This document shows positions 10,763 to 20,336 of a stretch of DNA of 64,000 nucleotides, one piece after another. Below the pieces are notes generated by a model that worked only from the letters and a program-made list of their open reading frames with translations, had not been told where the DNA came from and ran no database searches. This DNA comes from Alphaproteobacteria bacterium (GTDB lineage: Bacteria > Pseudomonadota > Alphaproteobacteria > Bin95), in contig CBDBGH010000003.1 in the NCBI GenBank assembly GCA_965205265.1, forward strand, positions 3,680,001 through 3,744,000, read 5' to 3'. The first letter of the stretch is position 1, and the number at the start of each line of letters is the position of its first letter. The position numbers were made by a program, and so were the translations under genes.

Positions 10763-11392
10763 CTAGAATTCGATGCCGATCTGAGCCTTCACACCGGCGC
10801 GGAAAGGATGCTTCACCAGAGTCATTTCGGTGACGAGGTCGGCGACTTCAATCAATTCGGGCCGGGCATTGCGCCCGGTGACGACGACATGCAGATCCTC
10901 GCGGCGGTTCGTCAGCGCCGCGAGCACCCGGTCGAGGTCCAGATAGCCGTAACGCAGCACGATGTTCAGCTCGTCGAGAATCACCAAGGCGTTGGACGGG
11001 TCGGCCATCATGGCCTCGGACAACTCCCAGGCGGCTTCGGCGGCGGCGATGTCGCGCGCGCGGTCCTGCGTCTCCCAGGTGAAGCCCTCGCCCATGGCGC
11101 GAATCTCGACCAGCTCCGGGAAACGGGCGAACACCTCGCGCTCGCCCGTCTTCCACACGCCCTTGACGAACTGCACCACGCCGACCTTGAGGCCGTTGCC
11201 GACGGCGCGGGCCGCCAGCCCGAAGGCGGCGGTCGATTTGCCCTTGCCCTTGCCGGTATGGACGATCAGCAGGCCCTTTTCGATGGTTTTCGTGGCCAGC
11301 ATCCGGTCGCGCGCGGCCTTGCGCTTGCGGGCTTTCTCGTTCGCCCGGGCGTTAACGGCCTCCTCGTCGAGAGAGCCGGTCTCTCGGCTCAT
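10763..11392 (-). CDS. cobO: Cob(I)yrinic acid a,c-diamide adenosyltransferase
   Basis: HTGKGKGKSTAAFG, MGEGFTWETQ and KHPFRAGVKAQIGIEF. Confidence 0.97.
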   Translation of the reverse strand: MSRETGSLDEEAVNARANEKARKRKAARDRMLATKTIEKGLLIVHTGKGKGKSTAAFGLAARAVGNGLKVGVVQFVKGVWKTGEREVFARFPELVEIRAMGEGFTWETQDRARDIAAAEAAWELSEAMMADPSNALVILDELNIVLRYGYLDLDRVLAALTNRREDLHVVVTGRNARPELIEVADLVTEMTLVKHPFRAGVKAQIGIEF

Positions 11393-14300
11393 GGATGCTC
11401 TCCGCCGGCCAGCGACCGGAGCAAATCATAGCCGAAATTGGCCCTCGGACGCCACAGGCCCCGGTCCAGCGCTTCGAGGAATCGCGCCGCCGTCTCGCGA
11501 AGCGCGGCGGGATTGCCGTTCTCCATGAAAGCGCGCACCTCCTCGTCCCGGATATAGGCGTCGAACAGCATCTCGAAATGGTGGTCCTTCACCGCGCCCG
11601 TGGTTGCGGCGAAGGCGAAGAGGTAATCGACGGTGGCGGCGATTTCGAAGGCGCCCTTGTAGCCGTGGCGCATGACGCCCCGGATCCATTTGGGGTTGGC
11701 GGCGCGCGCGCGCACCGTGCGGGCGATCTCCTCCTCCAGGCTCATGATGCGCGGGCGTTCCGGGCGGGTGTGGTCGTTGTGATAGACCGCCGGCCGGCGC
11801 CCGGAGAGCATGGCCGCCGCCGCCGCAAGCCCGCCCTCGAACTGGTAGTAGTCGTCGCTGTCGAGCAGGTCGTGCTCGCGGTTGTCCTGGTTGTGGACGA
11901 CGGCTTCGACGCGCGCGAGCCGGCGCTCGAAGGCATGGTGCGCGGGCCGGCCCTCCTCGCCCGCGCCATAGGCGTAGCCGCCCCAGGCGACATAAGCGCG
12001 CGCCAGGTCCTCCGGCCCGTCCCAGCCGCCCTCGTCGATCAGCGCCTGCAAGCCCGCGCCGTAGGCTCCCGGCATGGAGCCGAACACGCGCCAGGTCGCC
12101 TCGCGGAAGCCGTCCCCTTCCGGCGTGCGGAGCGGGTTGTCGTCCTCGTCGAGCCGTGCCACGGCCCGCACCGCGCTGTCGAACAGGTCGATCAGGCCCG
12201 GAAAGGCGTCGCGGAAGAACCCGGAAATGCGCAGCGTGACATCCACGCGCGGGCGGTCGAGCACGCGGCGCGGCACGATCTCGAAGCCGGTGACCCGCCC
12301 GGAGCCGCTGTCCCAGGTCGGCCGCACGCCCATCAGCGCCAGCGCCTGCGCAATGTCGTCGCCGCCGGTCCGCATGGTGCTGGTGCCCCACGCGCTGAGC
12401 GCCAGCGCGCGCGGCCATTCGCCGTGGTCGCGGACATGGCGCTCGACCAGCAGGGTCGCCGAATGCCAGCCGAGCTGCACGGCGGCGGGCGTCGGCACGG
12501 CGCGGGTATCGACGGAGTAGAAATTGCGCCCCGTCGGCAGCACGTCCGGCCGCCCTCGCGTCGGCGCGCCGGAGGGTCCGGGCTCGACGAAGCGGCCGGC
12601 CAGGCCCGCCTGGAGGCCGGCGATTTCCGCCTCGCCCGAGCGGTCCAGAGCCGGGGCCAGCGTTTCCTTGAGGAAGCCGAGCGCGGCAGCGCTTTCGGGG
12701 CCGGGCGGCTCGTCCGCGCCTTCCGCCAGCCGGGCCATTGCCGCCTCCAGCCGCTCCAGCGTGTCGCCGGCCGTGCGCCAGAGCGCATCGCCGGTCAGGA
12801 ACGCGGGCCGGGGGCCGGTCCAGGGTGCGGCAAGGTCCTCGCCGAGTTCCAGGCCGAGGTCCGCCGCGAGCGCCGGCAGCAGCCGCGCGCGCATGGCGGC
12901 CACCAGCAGGTCGCGCCGCTGCCGGCCTTGCGGAGACGCGCCGAAGACATGCAGCCCGTCGCGGATCTGCAGCTCCTTCAGCTCGCAGAGATAGCCGTCG
13001 AGCTTGCCGAGCGCCGCCGCTTCGCCGTCCTCGGGGCGGATGCCGCAATCGGCCGCCAGGCCGCCGCGCCCCGCGAGGTCCAGGATCGCCTCGGCCAGCA
13101 CGGGCAGGCGGCGCGGGTCCAGCGTCGTTGCCTGGAAATATTCGTCCACCAGCCTTTCCAGTTCCACCATGGCCCCGTGGCTCTCCGCGCGGGTGAGCGG
13201 CGGGGTCAGGTGGTCCACAATTGCGGCATGAGTGCGGCGCTTGGCCTGCGCGCCCTCGCCCGGATCGTTGACGATGAACGGATAGAGGTTGGGCAGGGGG
13301 CCGAGCACGGCGTCGGGGAAACAGTCCCCGGAAAGCGCCAGCGCCTTGCCCGGCAGCCATTCCAGATTGCCGTGCTTGCCGAGATGGATGACGGCATGCG
13401 CCCCGAAGCCGCGCCGCAGCCAGCCGTAGAACGCCAGATAGGCCGGCGGCGGCGGCAGGGCGGGGTCGTGATAGCTGGAAGCCGGGTCGATGTCATAGCC
13501 GCGCGACGGCTGCACCGCGACGGCGATATCGCCGAAGAGGAGCGCGGGTATTACATAATCCCGGCAGGCAAGGCCCCAGCGTTCCCGCACGGCGGCGGTC
13601 GCGCCCGCGGGCAGGCCGTTCACGAAACTGTCGAATTCCTGCTTCGGAAATACCGGGCCTCCGGCACGCGCCCGTTGGAGCCGGCGCATCAGCGCGTCGC
13701 CGTCCGCCGGCAGCCCTTCGGCCCCGAGCGCGCGGAGCACGGTGAGCGCCGAGGCCGGGGTGTCGAGGCCGACGCCATTGCCGATGCGCCCGTCGCGCGT
13801 CGGGTAGTTGGCGAGGACTACGGCGATGCGCTTGCGCCCCGGCCGGCGGAGCCGCGCCCAATTGGCGGCGAGCGCCGCCACGAAGCGCGCCCGGTCCGGC
13901 ACCGGCCGGTAGCGGGCGATGGCGCATTCCGTCGCCGCATCGCGGCGGCTCGCGGCCTTGAAGGAGACCGCGCGCGAGATCAGCCGCCCGTCCACTTCCG
14001 GCAGCGCGATGTTCATGGCGATGTCGCGCGGGGAGAGGCCGCGCGTCCCCTCCCGCCAGACGGCCTCCGCGCCGCCCGAGAGCACCGCCTGGACCACCGG
14101 GCAGTCATAGCGGTCGAGCGGGCCCGGACCGTCCGCGCCGCGCGCCGCGAAGCCGGTGGTGTTCACGATGACGGAGGGCGGCTCCTTGGCGAACAGGCGG
14201 TGCAGCAGGCGGAGCGAGTCCGGGTCCTTGAGGCTCGATATCGCGACCGGCCGGGGCGACAGTCCCGCCGCTGCCATCTCTTCGGCCAGCATGTCGATGG

Positions 14301-14907
14301 CCGCGACATTGCCGGATTGCAGATGCGCCCGGTAGAAAAGCAGGGGGGCAACCGGGCCGTCGCCCGCGGCCGCCTTATAGGGCTGGGCGCGCGGGATCGG
14401 CGCGGGTTCCTGCCAGCGGGCGGGGCGGCCGAGCAGGTGGGCGGCGTAGCGCAGGCAGTTCAGCGCGTTGTCGGGGCCGCCCTCCGCCAGATAGCGCCAG
14501 AAACGGCGGCAGGCGTCCGTACCGAGGCTGGAGAAGGCGTCGAGCTCCGGGTCCGGCCGATCATCCCCCGGCAGCAGCGCCACCGGCGCTTCCAGCGCGC
14601 CCAGCCGCTCGACGCCGTAAGGCCAGTAGCCGCGCCCGCCGAGGAGCCGCACCACAACCAGCCGGGCGCGGGAGAGCACGCGCTCGACATGCAGGTCCAC
14701 GGACAGGTTGTGGCCGAGCGCCATGATGTTGGCGAGGCGAAGCGTCGGGGCCTCCGCGTCCTCGGCAAGGCGTTTCCGCTGCGCTTCGGCGAGGAGCGTG
14801 AGTTCGGTGTCGGCCGCGCTCAGGATCGCGATGTCGCCCGGCGTCTGGCCGAGATCGACCGCCTCGCCTTCCTCGACCGCCCCGGGGGTTGCGGCTAGGA
14901 GATGCAC
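11389..14907 (-). CDS. cobN: Cobaltochelatase subunit CobN
   Basis: GTG start 14907 (MHLLAATPG); HLGKHGNLEWLPGK, LPTGRNFYSVD and DSDDYYQFEGG. Confidence 0.96.
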   Translation of the reverse strand: MHLLAATPGAVEEGEAVDLGQTPGDIAILSAADTELTLLAEAQRKRLAEDAEAPTLRLANIMALGHNLSVDLHVERVLSRARLVVVRLLGGRGYWPYGVERLGALEAPVALLPGDDRPDPELDAFSSLGTDACRRFWRYLAEGGPDNALNCLRYAAHLLGRPARWQEPAPIPRAQPYKAAAGDGPVAPLLFYRAHLQSGNVAAIDMLAEEMAAAGLSPRPVAISSLKDPDSLRLLHRLFAKEPPSVIVNTTGFAARGADGPGPLDRYDCPVVQAVLSGGAEAVWREGTRGLSPRDIAMNIALPEVDGRLISRAVSFKAASRRDAATECAIARYRPVPDRARFVAALAANWARLRRPGRKRIAVVLANYPTRDGRIGNGVGLDTPASALTVLRALGAEGLPADGDALMRRLQRARAGGPVFPKQEFDSFVNGLPAGATAAVRERWGLACRDYVIPALLFGDIAVAVQPSRGYDIDPASSYHDPALPPPPAYLAFYGWLRRGFGAHAVIHLGKHGNLEWLPGKALALSGDCFPDAVLGPLPNLYPFIVNDPGEGAQAKRRTHAAIVDHLTPPLTRAESHGAMVELERLVDEYFQATTLDPRRLPVLAEAILDLAGRGGLAADCGIRPEDGEAAALGKLDGYLCELKELQIRDGLHVFGASPQGRQRRDLLVAAMRARLLPALAADLGLELGEDLAAPWTGPRPAFLTGDALWRTAGDTLERLEAAMARLAEGADEPPGPESAAALGFLKETLAPALDRSGEAEIAGLQAGLAGRFVEPGPSGAPTRGRPDVLPTGRNFYSVDTRAVPTPAAVQLGWHSATLLVERHVRDHGEWPRALALSAWGTSTMRTGGDDIAQALALMGVRPTWDSGSGRVTGFEIVPRRVLDRPRVDVTLRISGFFRDAFPGLIDLFDSAVRAVARLDEDDNPLRTPEGDGFREATWRVFGSMPGAYGAGLQALIDEGGWDGPEDLARAYVAWGGYAYGAGEEGRPAHHAFERRLARVEAVVHNQDNREHDLLDSDDYYQFEGGLAAAAAMLSGRRPAVYHNDHTRPERPRIMSLEEEIARTVRARAANPKWIRGVMRHGYKGAFEIAATVDYLFAFAATTGAVKDHHFEMLFDAYIRDEEVRAFMENGNPAALRETAARFLEALDRGLWRPRANFGYDLLRSLAGGEHP

Positions 14908-15938
14908 CGCCCGCCAAGCGTCCGGGCGACGGCCTTGCGGTCGAGGCCGGCGAAGCCGATCACCACAAGCCGCGTTAGCGGCTCCTCGCCGGCCTGCCAG
15001 GGCCGGTCGTACCACGTCTCGGTGCGGGCGCCGACGCCCTGGACGGCGAGCCGCATCGCCTTGCCCTCGACCGCGGCGAAACCCTTGATGCGCAGCACAT
15101 CATGGTCCTGCGCGGCTTCCGCGATGCGTTCGGCAAGCGCGGCCGGCTCGACCGGCCCCGCCTCGACCGCGAAGCTCTCGAAATCGTCATGGTCGTGCCC
15201 GTCCTCGCCGTCATGGTGCGAGGGGCGCGCGTCGAGGTCGTCTTCCGCCGCTGCTTCCAGGCCGAGAAGCAGCCGCGCATCGACGGCGCCGCCGGTCGCG
15301 CCGACAGCCTTGACGGCGGGCGAGCGCAGCCCGGCCCGCACCTCTTCCAGCACGCCCTGCCAGGCCGGCCTGTCCAGCAGGTCCTGCTTGTTGACGACGA
15401 CGAGGTCGGCGGCGGCGAGCTGGTCCTCGAACAGCTCCTCCAGCGGCGCGTCGTGGTCGAGCGCCGGATCGGCCCGGCGCGCCGCGTCCACGGCGTCCGG
15501 GTCGGCAGCGAAACGCCCGGCGGCGACGGCCGCGGCGTCCACCACCGCGACAACGCCGTCCACGGTGGTGCGGGAGCGCACCTCCGGCCAGGCGAAGGCC
15601 TGCACAAGCGGCTTGGGCAGCGCCAGGCCCGAGGTCTCGATAACGATATGATCGGGCGGGTCGGGCCGGTCGAGCAGCGCCTGCATGGTCGGCAGGAAAT
15701 CGTCCGCCACGGTGCAGCATATGCAGCCATTGGCGAGCTCCACGATGTCCTCGTCCCCGCAGCCCTCGATGCCGCAGGCGCGCAGCAGATCGCCGTCTAT
15801 GCCGAGGTCGCCGAATTCGTTGACGACCACCGCGAGGCGCCGCCCGCCCGCATTCTCCAGCAGGTGGCGGACCAGGCTGGTCTTGCCCGCGCCGAGAAAG
15901 CCGGTGACGACGGTTGCCGGTATCTTCGGTTTCAGCAT
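14895..15938 (-). CDS. cobW: Cobalamin biosynthesis GTPase CobW
   Basis: TGFLGAGKT, NGCICCTV, ETSGLALPKPL and a His/Asp-rich linker. Confidence 0.96.
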   Translation of the reverse strand: MLKPKIPATVVTGFLGAGKTSLVRHLLENAGGRRLAVVVNEFGDLGIDGDLLRACGIEGCGDEDIVELANGCICCTVADDFLPTMQALLDRPDPPDHIVIETSGLALPKPLVQAFAWPEVRSRTTVDGVVAVVDAAAVAAGRFAADPDAVDAARRADPALDHDAPLEELFEDQLAAADLVVVNKQDLLDRPAWQGVLEEVRAGLRSPAVKAVGATGGAVDARLLLGLEAAAEDDLDARPSHHDGEDGHDHDDFESFAVEAGPVEPAALAERIAEAAQDHDVLRIKGFAAVEGKAMRLAVQGVGARTETWYDRPWQAGEEPLTRLVVIGFAGLDRKAVARTLGGRCIS

Positions 15939-15951
15939 GGGGCGCGCGCTT

Positions 15952-16443
15952 TCACGGCTTGAGCGGGAGGGGGAGGCCGGCCGCGACGAACACGACCCGG
16001 TCCGCGATGCGGGCGACGTCCTCGTTCAGCCGCCCCTGCGCCTCGCGGAAGCGCCGGCCGAGCGGCGTCGGGGGCACGAGCCCCATGCCGGTTTCGTTGG
16101 AGACCAGCACGGTCTGCCGGCTGCGGCTTGCCAGCGCCTCCAGCAGCGCGCCGGTGTCCGGCTCCCGGCCGGCGGCGAGCGCATTGGAGAGCCAGAGCGT
16201 CAGGCAGTCCGCCAGCACCGGCATGTCGCCGGCCTGCCGGAGCGCCTCGGGCAGGCGCGAGGGCGCCTCGACGGTCGTCCAGCAGGGACCCCGCCGGGCG
16301 CGGTGGCGGGCGATGCGCGCCGCCATCTCGGCGTCGCCGGCCTCGGCCGTGGCGATATAGACGGCGGGCCCGTCGAACAGCGATTCGGCGTAGCGGCTCT
16401 TGCCGGAGGCAGCGCCGCCCAGCACCAGGGTCGTGGCGGTCAT
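15952..16443 (-). CDS. cobU: Adenosylcobinamide kinase/guanylyltransferase (CobU/CobP)
   Basis: GGAASGKS, EMAARIARHR, DCLTLWLSN and VSNETGMG. Confidence 0.95.
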   Translation of the reverse strand: MTATTLVLGGAASGKSRYAESLFDGPAVYIATAEAGDAEMAARIARHRARRGPCWTTVEAPSRLPEALRQAGDMPVLADCLTLWLSNALAAGREPDTGALLEALASRSRQTVLVSNETGMGLVPPTPLGRRFREAQGRLNEDVARIADRVVFVAAGLPLPLKP

Positions 16444-16531
16444 GGGGATGTTTGCTACCGGCGTTTCGCCGGCCGTTCAAGGCGCGCGGTCCGGCTCGAC
16501 TTTCCGGACGCGCCGGGGCATATCCCGGTCC

Positions 16532-16774
16532 ATGTTCACGCTGCTCCGCCGCATCCTGTCCCTCTATCTCGGCATCGGGTTCCTGCTGGGGCTGGTCGCT
16601 GGCTTCTCGCGCCTGTTCGTGCGGGTCGTCCACGGCCTCGGACCCGGCGAATTCGGACCGGCGCTGGGCGATGCGGCCTTGTGGGCTTTCATGCGGCTCT
16701 GGCTCTGGCCCTGGCAGTTCTGGACCGAGGTGGTGGAGGGCGAACGCACCCTGCTCGGCTGGCTGCTGGCCTGA
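16532..16774 (+). CDS. Small hypothetical membrane protein
   Basis: Hydrophobic, Trp-rich 80-aa ORF filling the gap between cobU and the next gene. Confidence 0.6.
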   Translation: MFTLLRRILSLYLGIGFLLGLVAGFSRLFVRVVHGLGPGEFGPALGDAALWAFMRLWLWPWQFWTEVVEGERTLLGWLLA

Positions 16775-16828
16775 GCGGGCGGCGGCGCGCATACTCCGGG
16801 GCGGCACGCGGGACAAAGGGGAAGCGCG

Positions 16829-17722
16829 ATGGAACTCGGATTCGTCGGCGTGGGCGCGATGGGCGCGCCGATGGCCGGGCGGCTGCTGGACGGGGGCCAC
16901 AGCCTGGTCGTGCATGACATCCGCGCCGAGGCGGTGGCGCCGCTGGCGGCCCGGCAGGCGCGCACGGCGGAAAGCCCGAAGGCGGTGGCCGACATGGCGG
17001 AGACGGTCATCGTCTCGCTGCCGACGCTCGGCGCCTGGCGCGAGGTCGGCCTCGGCGAAGAGGGTCTCGCGAAGGGCGGGCGGATCGCAAAGGTGGTCAA
17101 CACCTGCACGGTCGGCTCGGGCTTCATCCGCGAGATGGCGGCCACGCTGGGCGAGGCCGGCATCGCGATGCTCGACTGCCCGATCAGCGGCGGGCCGCCG
17201 GGCGCGGAGGCGGGCACGCTCTCGGTGATGGCGTCCGGCAGCCGCGCGCTCTTCGACGAGCTGCGCCCCGCGCTCGACTGCTGGGGGCATACGGTCGTCC
17301 ATGTGGGCGAGGAGCCGGGCGCGGCGCAGACCGTCAAGCTCGTCAACAACATCCTCTCGGCCGCCGCGCTCGCCGTCACTTCCGAGGCGCTGGTAATGGG
17401 CTCCAAGGCCGGGGTCGATCTCGAAGCGATGCTCGAGGCGGTCAATGCCGGCTCCGGGCGCAACAGCGCAACGGCCGGCAAGATCCCCGCCTCGGTGCTG
17501 GACCGCTCTTTCGCCTACGGCGCGGCGCTGGACATCCTGATGAAGGACATCGAGCTTGCGCTCGCCGAGGCGGAGCGCCTGCAGGTGCCGTCCTGGGTCT
17601 CGGCGGCCGTGCGCCAGTTCTTCCGCCACTGGCACATGCAGGGCAAGGGGCGCGAAGACATCACCTCCATCGTGCAGATGGTCGAGGGCTTCGCCGGCCA
17701 CACATTGCCGAAGGTTCGCTGA
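16829..17722 (+). CDS. 3-hydroxyisobutyrate/6-phosphogluconate dehydrogenase-family NAD(P) oxidoreductase
   Basis: GFVGVGAMGAPMA, DCPISGG and KLVNN motifs. Confidence 0.93.
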   Translation: MELGFVGVGAMGAPMAGRLLDGGHSLVVHDIRAEAVAPLAARQARTAESPKAVADMAETVIVSLPTLGAWREVGLGEEGLAKGGRIAKVVNTCTVGSGFIREMAATLGEAGIAMLDCPISGGPPGAEAGTLSVMASGSRALFDELRPALDCWGHTVVHVGEEPGAAQTVKLVNNILSAAALAVTSEALVMGSKAGVDLEAMLEAVNAGSGRNSATAGKIPASVLDRSFAYGAALDILMKDIELALAEAERLQVPSWVSAAVRQFFRHWHMQGKGREDITSIVQMVEGFAGHTLPKVR

Positions 17723-17732
17723 GCCGGGCGCG

Positions 17733-18764
17733 CTATTGCCTGCGCTCCAGCAGGCAGGCGTCGCCATAGGAGAAGAAGCGGTAGCGCTGCTGCACGGCGT
17801 GGGCGTAGGCGGCGCGCATGCGCTCCAGGCCGGCGAAGGCCGCGACCAGCATGAACAGCGTCGAGCGCGGCAGGTGGAAATTGGTGAGCAGCAGGTCGGC
17901 CGTCCGGACCTCCCGGCCGCCAGGGCGCAGGAATATGTCGGTCTCCCCTTCCCAGGCCGCAACCTCGCCCGAAGGGCCGGCCGCCGACTCCAGCAGGCGG
18001 AGCGCAGTGGTGCCGGCCGCGACCAGCCGGCCCCGGCGCGCCCGGATGCGCGCGGCCGCCTCTTCCCCGATGCGCCCCCACTCGCTGTGCATGCGGTGCT
18101 CGGCCGGGTCCTCGGTGCGGACCGGCAGGAAGGTGCCGGCGCCGACATGCAGGGTGACGGCGGCGCGCTCCACGCCGCGCGCGTCCAGCGCCGCCAGCAG
18201 GCGGGGGGTGAAATGCAGCCCGGCCGTCGGCGCGGCGACCGAGCCCGGTTCGCGGGCGAACACCGTCTGGTAGGCGTCCCGGTCGCCCGGGTCGCCGCCT
18301 TTCGGACGCTTGATATAGGGCGGCAGCGGCATGGTGCCGTGCGCCTCCAGCGCCGCGTCGAGTTCCGCCCCTTCCGCCGAGAACGCCAGCGCCACTTCCC
18401 CGCCCTGGCGGCGCTCCTCCAGCACCGCTTCGAGCCCGCCCGGAAAGGCGATCCGGTCGCCTTCGCGAAGCCGCCGCCCGGGCCGGGCGAAGGCGAGCCA
18501 GCGCCGCCTGTCGAGGCGCTTGTGCAGCAGAGCCTCCACCGCCGCGGCGCCGCGCCGCCCGTAAAGGCGCGCCGGGATCACGCGCGTGTCGTTGACGACC
18601 ATGAGGTCGCCTGGCCGAAGCAGGTCCGGCAGTTCGGCAATGCGGCGGTCCGCGAGCTTTTCCCCGACATGCAGCAGCCGCGCCGCGTCGCGCGGTTCCA
18701 CCGGCCGCTGCGCGATCAGCCCGGAAGGCAGGTCGAAATCGAAATCGCCGGTGCTCAGGGTCAC
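17733..18764 (-). CDS. queA: S-adenosylmethionine:tRNA ribosyltransferase-isomerase
   Basis: [34 protein letters not shown] and [10 protein letters not shown]; GTG start 18764. Confidence 0.97.
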   Translation of the reverse strand: MTLSTGDFDFDLPSGLIAQRPVEPRDAARLLHVGEKLADRRIAELPDLLRPGDLMVVNDTRVIPARLYGRRGAAAVEALLHKRLDRRRWLAFARPGRRLREGDRIAFPGGLEAVLEERRQGGEVALAFSAEGAELDAALEAHGTMPLPPYIKRPKGGDPGDRDAYQTVFAREPGSVAAPTAGLHFTPRLLAALDARGVERAAVTLHVGAGTFLPVRTEDPAEHRMHSEWGRIGEEAAARIRARRGRLVAAGTTALRLLESAAGPSGEVAAWEGETDIFLRPGGREVRTADLLLTNFHLPRSTLFMLVAAFAGLERMRAAYAHAVQQRYRFFSYGDACLLERRQ

Positions 18765-18882
18765 GGGTCGCCAGGCTCCGCCGCGGGCCCGGACCTTCGC
18801 AGGCCGTGCAGAGCCTGTCAAAACGGTCCGGGATTTGAGATAAACAACCTTCGACGCGGAAACGCCGGAGCAAATCCAGGTC

Positions 18883-19614
18883 ATGGCGATCGGATTGAAG
18901 GAAGGCCGCAGAATGGCCGCCCGCGCCCGCCGCTGGACCCTGGTCAAACGGGTCATGCTGCTTGTGGCGCTGCTCGCCATCGCCGTATTCGCCTACGAGA
19001 CGGGCGCCACCCGCACGCAATACCGCATCGAGCGCCTGGAGGAGAGGCTGGCGGCCCAGGACGCCGCCATCGCGCGGCTCGAGGCCGAGAAGGAGGAGCT
19101 CGACAGGCGCCGGCTGGCGGCGGTCCAGAACGAAAGGACGCTTCAGGCCCGCTACGACCGCAATGTGCCGACCGGCAGGCGCAAGGAGATCTTCGAGCTG
19201 CTTCTGGAACGGCTCGACGCCGGCCTGGAGGAGGAGCGGATCGTCTTCCTGCTGCACGAGGCGGAGGCGGAGCCGGATTGCGACCCGGAGCCGGTGACCA
19301 AGCGTTTCGTGCTGGCGACGCCGCTGCATGACGGCGCCAACGCGTCGGCGCAATTCGCGGAAGGCGCGATCACGGTCACCGGCGAGGGGCAGGCGGAGCT
19401 GACGGAGGCGGGCCTGCCCGAGGCGTGGTTCGACCCGGCGGCGCCGGTCATGCTCCGCTTCACGGCCATCGGCGGCGATGCGACGGAGGCGCAGGGCAAG
19501 CTGCCGCTCGACCACTCCCTGCGGCTGGCCGGCAACGAATACCGCTTCGCCGCCCGCGCCGGCCCCCGCTCCTTCGTCCACATCACGGCGCTCCGCTGCG
19601 ACTTTCCGGGGTAG
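18883..19614 (+). CDS. Hypothetical membrane-anchored coiled-coil protein
   Basis: N-terminal TM helix, then a coiled coil and a beta-rich C-terminus; GC-typical codon usage. Confidence 0.75.
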   Translation: MAIGLKEGRRMAARARRWTLVKRVMLLVALLAIAVFAYETGATRTQYRIERLEERLAAQDAAIARLEAEKEELDRRRLAAVQNERTLQARYDRNVPTGRRKEIFELLLERLDAGLEEERIVFLLHEAEAEPDCDPEPVTKRFVLATPLHDGANASAQFAEGAITVTGEGQAELTEAGLPEAWFDPAAPVMLRFTAIGGDATEAQGKLPLDHSLRLAGNEYRFAARAGPRSFVHITALRCDFPG

Positions 19615-19623
19615 CGGGCGGCG

Positions 19624-19663
19624 TTGACTCAACCGGATATCTAGCTACATAGTTAGCTAGATA
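19624..19663 (+). promoter_or_regulatory. vapBC promoter/operator
   Basis: TTGACT at 19624; perfect inverted repeat TATCTAGCTA-N6-TAGCTAGATA at 19638-19663. Confidence 0.7.
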
Positions 19664-19686
19664 AATGCCGGCCAGGGTGGAAAGCC

Positions 19687-19920
19687 ATGTATGTCGTCAA
19701 TGTCCATCGAGCCAAGACCGAGCTTTCCCGATTGCTGGCAAGGGTCGAGGCCGGCGAGGATGTCGTCATCGCGCGGCGGGGCGAGCCTGTTGCGCGTCTC
19801 GTCGCGTGCAGGGCCCGAAGCAGGCGCCGGCCCGATGTCCTGAAGGGGAAGATCGCGATTCCCGACGGCTTCTTCGACCCGCTGCCGGAGGAAGAACTGA
19901 CGGCGTGGGAAGGCCGGTAG
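19687..19920 (+). CDS. Phd/YefM family antitoxin
   Basis: VNVHRAKTELSRLLARVEAGEDVVIARRGEPVARLV. Confidence 0.93.
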   Translation: MYVVNVHRAKTELSRLLARVEAGEDVVIARRGEPVARLVACRARSRRRPDVLKGKIAIPDGFFDPLPEEELTAWEGR

Positions 19921-19922
19921 CG

Positions 19923-20309
19923 GTGCTGCTGTTGCTGGATACCCATGCGTTTCTCTGGTGGATTGCAGACAGCGGGCGGCTTTCCGGTCCGGCGCGCGCC
20001 GCGATCGCCGACGAAGCGAACGACATCGCGGTCAGCGCGGCGTCCGCGTGGGAAATCGCCACCAAGTTCCGGACCGGCAAATTGCCGGGATGCGAGGCCG
20101 TGGCGGTCGATGTCGCCGGCCATATCGCCGGGCAAGGTTTCGAGGGTCTGGCAATCGGCGTCGCCGATGCCGAGCGCGCCGGGCGCCTGCCCGGCTCTCA
20201 TCGCGACCCGTTCGACCGGATGCTCGCCGCCCAGGCCCTGGCGCGCGGTATCCCCGTCGTTTCGGTCGATCCGGTGTTCGACGGTTTCGGCGTCAATCGG
20301 CTGTGGTGA
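19923..20309 (+). CDS. vapC: VapC/PIN toxin
   Basis: LLLDTHAFLWW, SAASAWEIATK and HRDPFDRML; GTG start 19923. Confidence 0.93.
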   Translation: MLLLLDTHAFLWWIADSGRLSGPARAAIADEANDIAVSAASAWEIATKFRTGKLPGCEAVAVDVAGHIAGQGFEGLAIGVADAERAGRLPGSHRDPFDRMLAAQALARGIPVVSVDPVFDGFGVNRLW

Positions 20310-20336
20310 AGGGGCATCCTGCCTCGCGCGCCGGGT

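Noticed and set aside
11395-14898. 1167-aa antisense ORF and similar long Arg/Pro/Gly-rich ORFs
   Set aside because: These are shadow ORFs expected opposite real genes in high-GC DNA.
16444-16531. Cobalamin riboswitch upstream of the cob operon
   Set aside because: Only 88 bp of intergenic space and no B12-box motifs.
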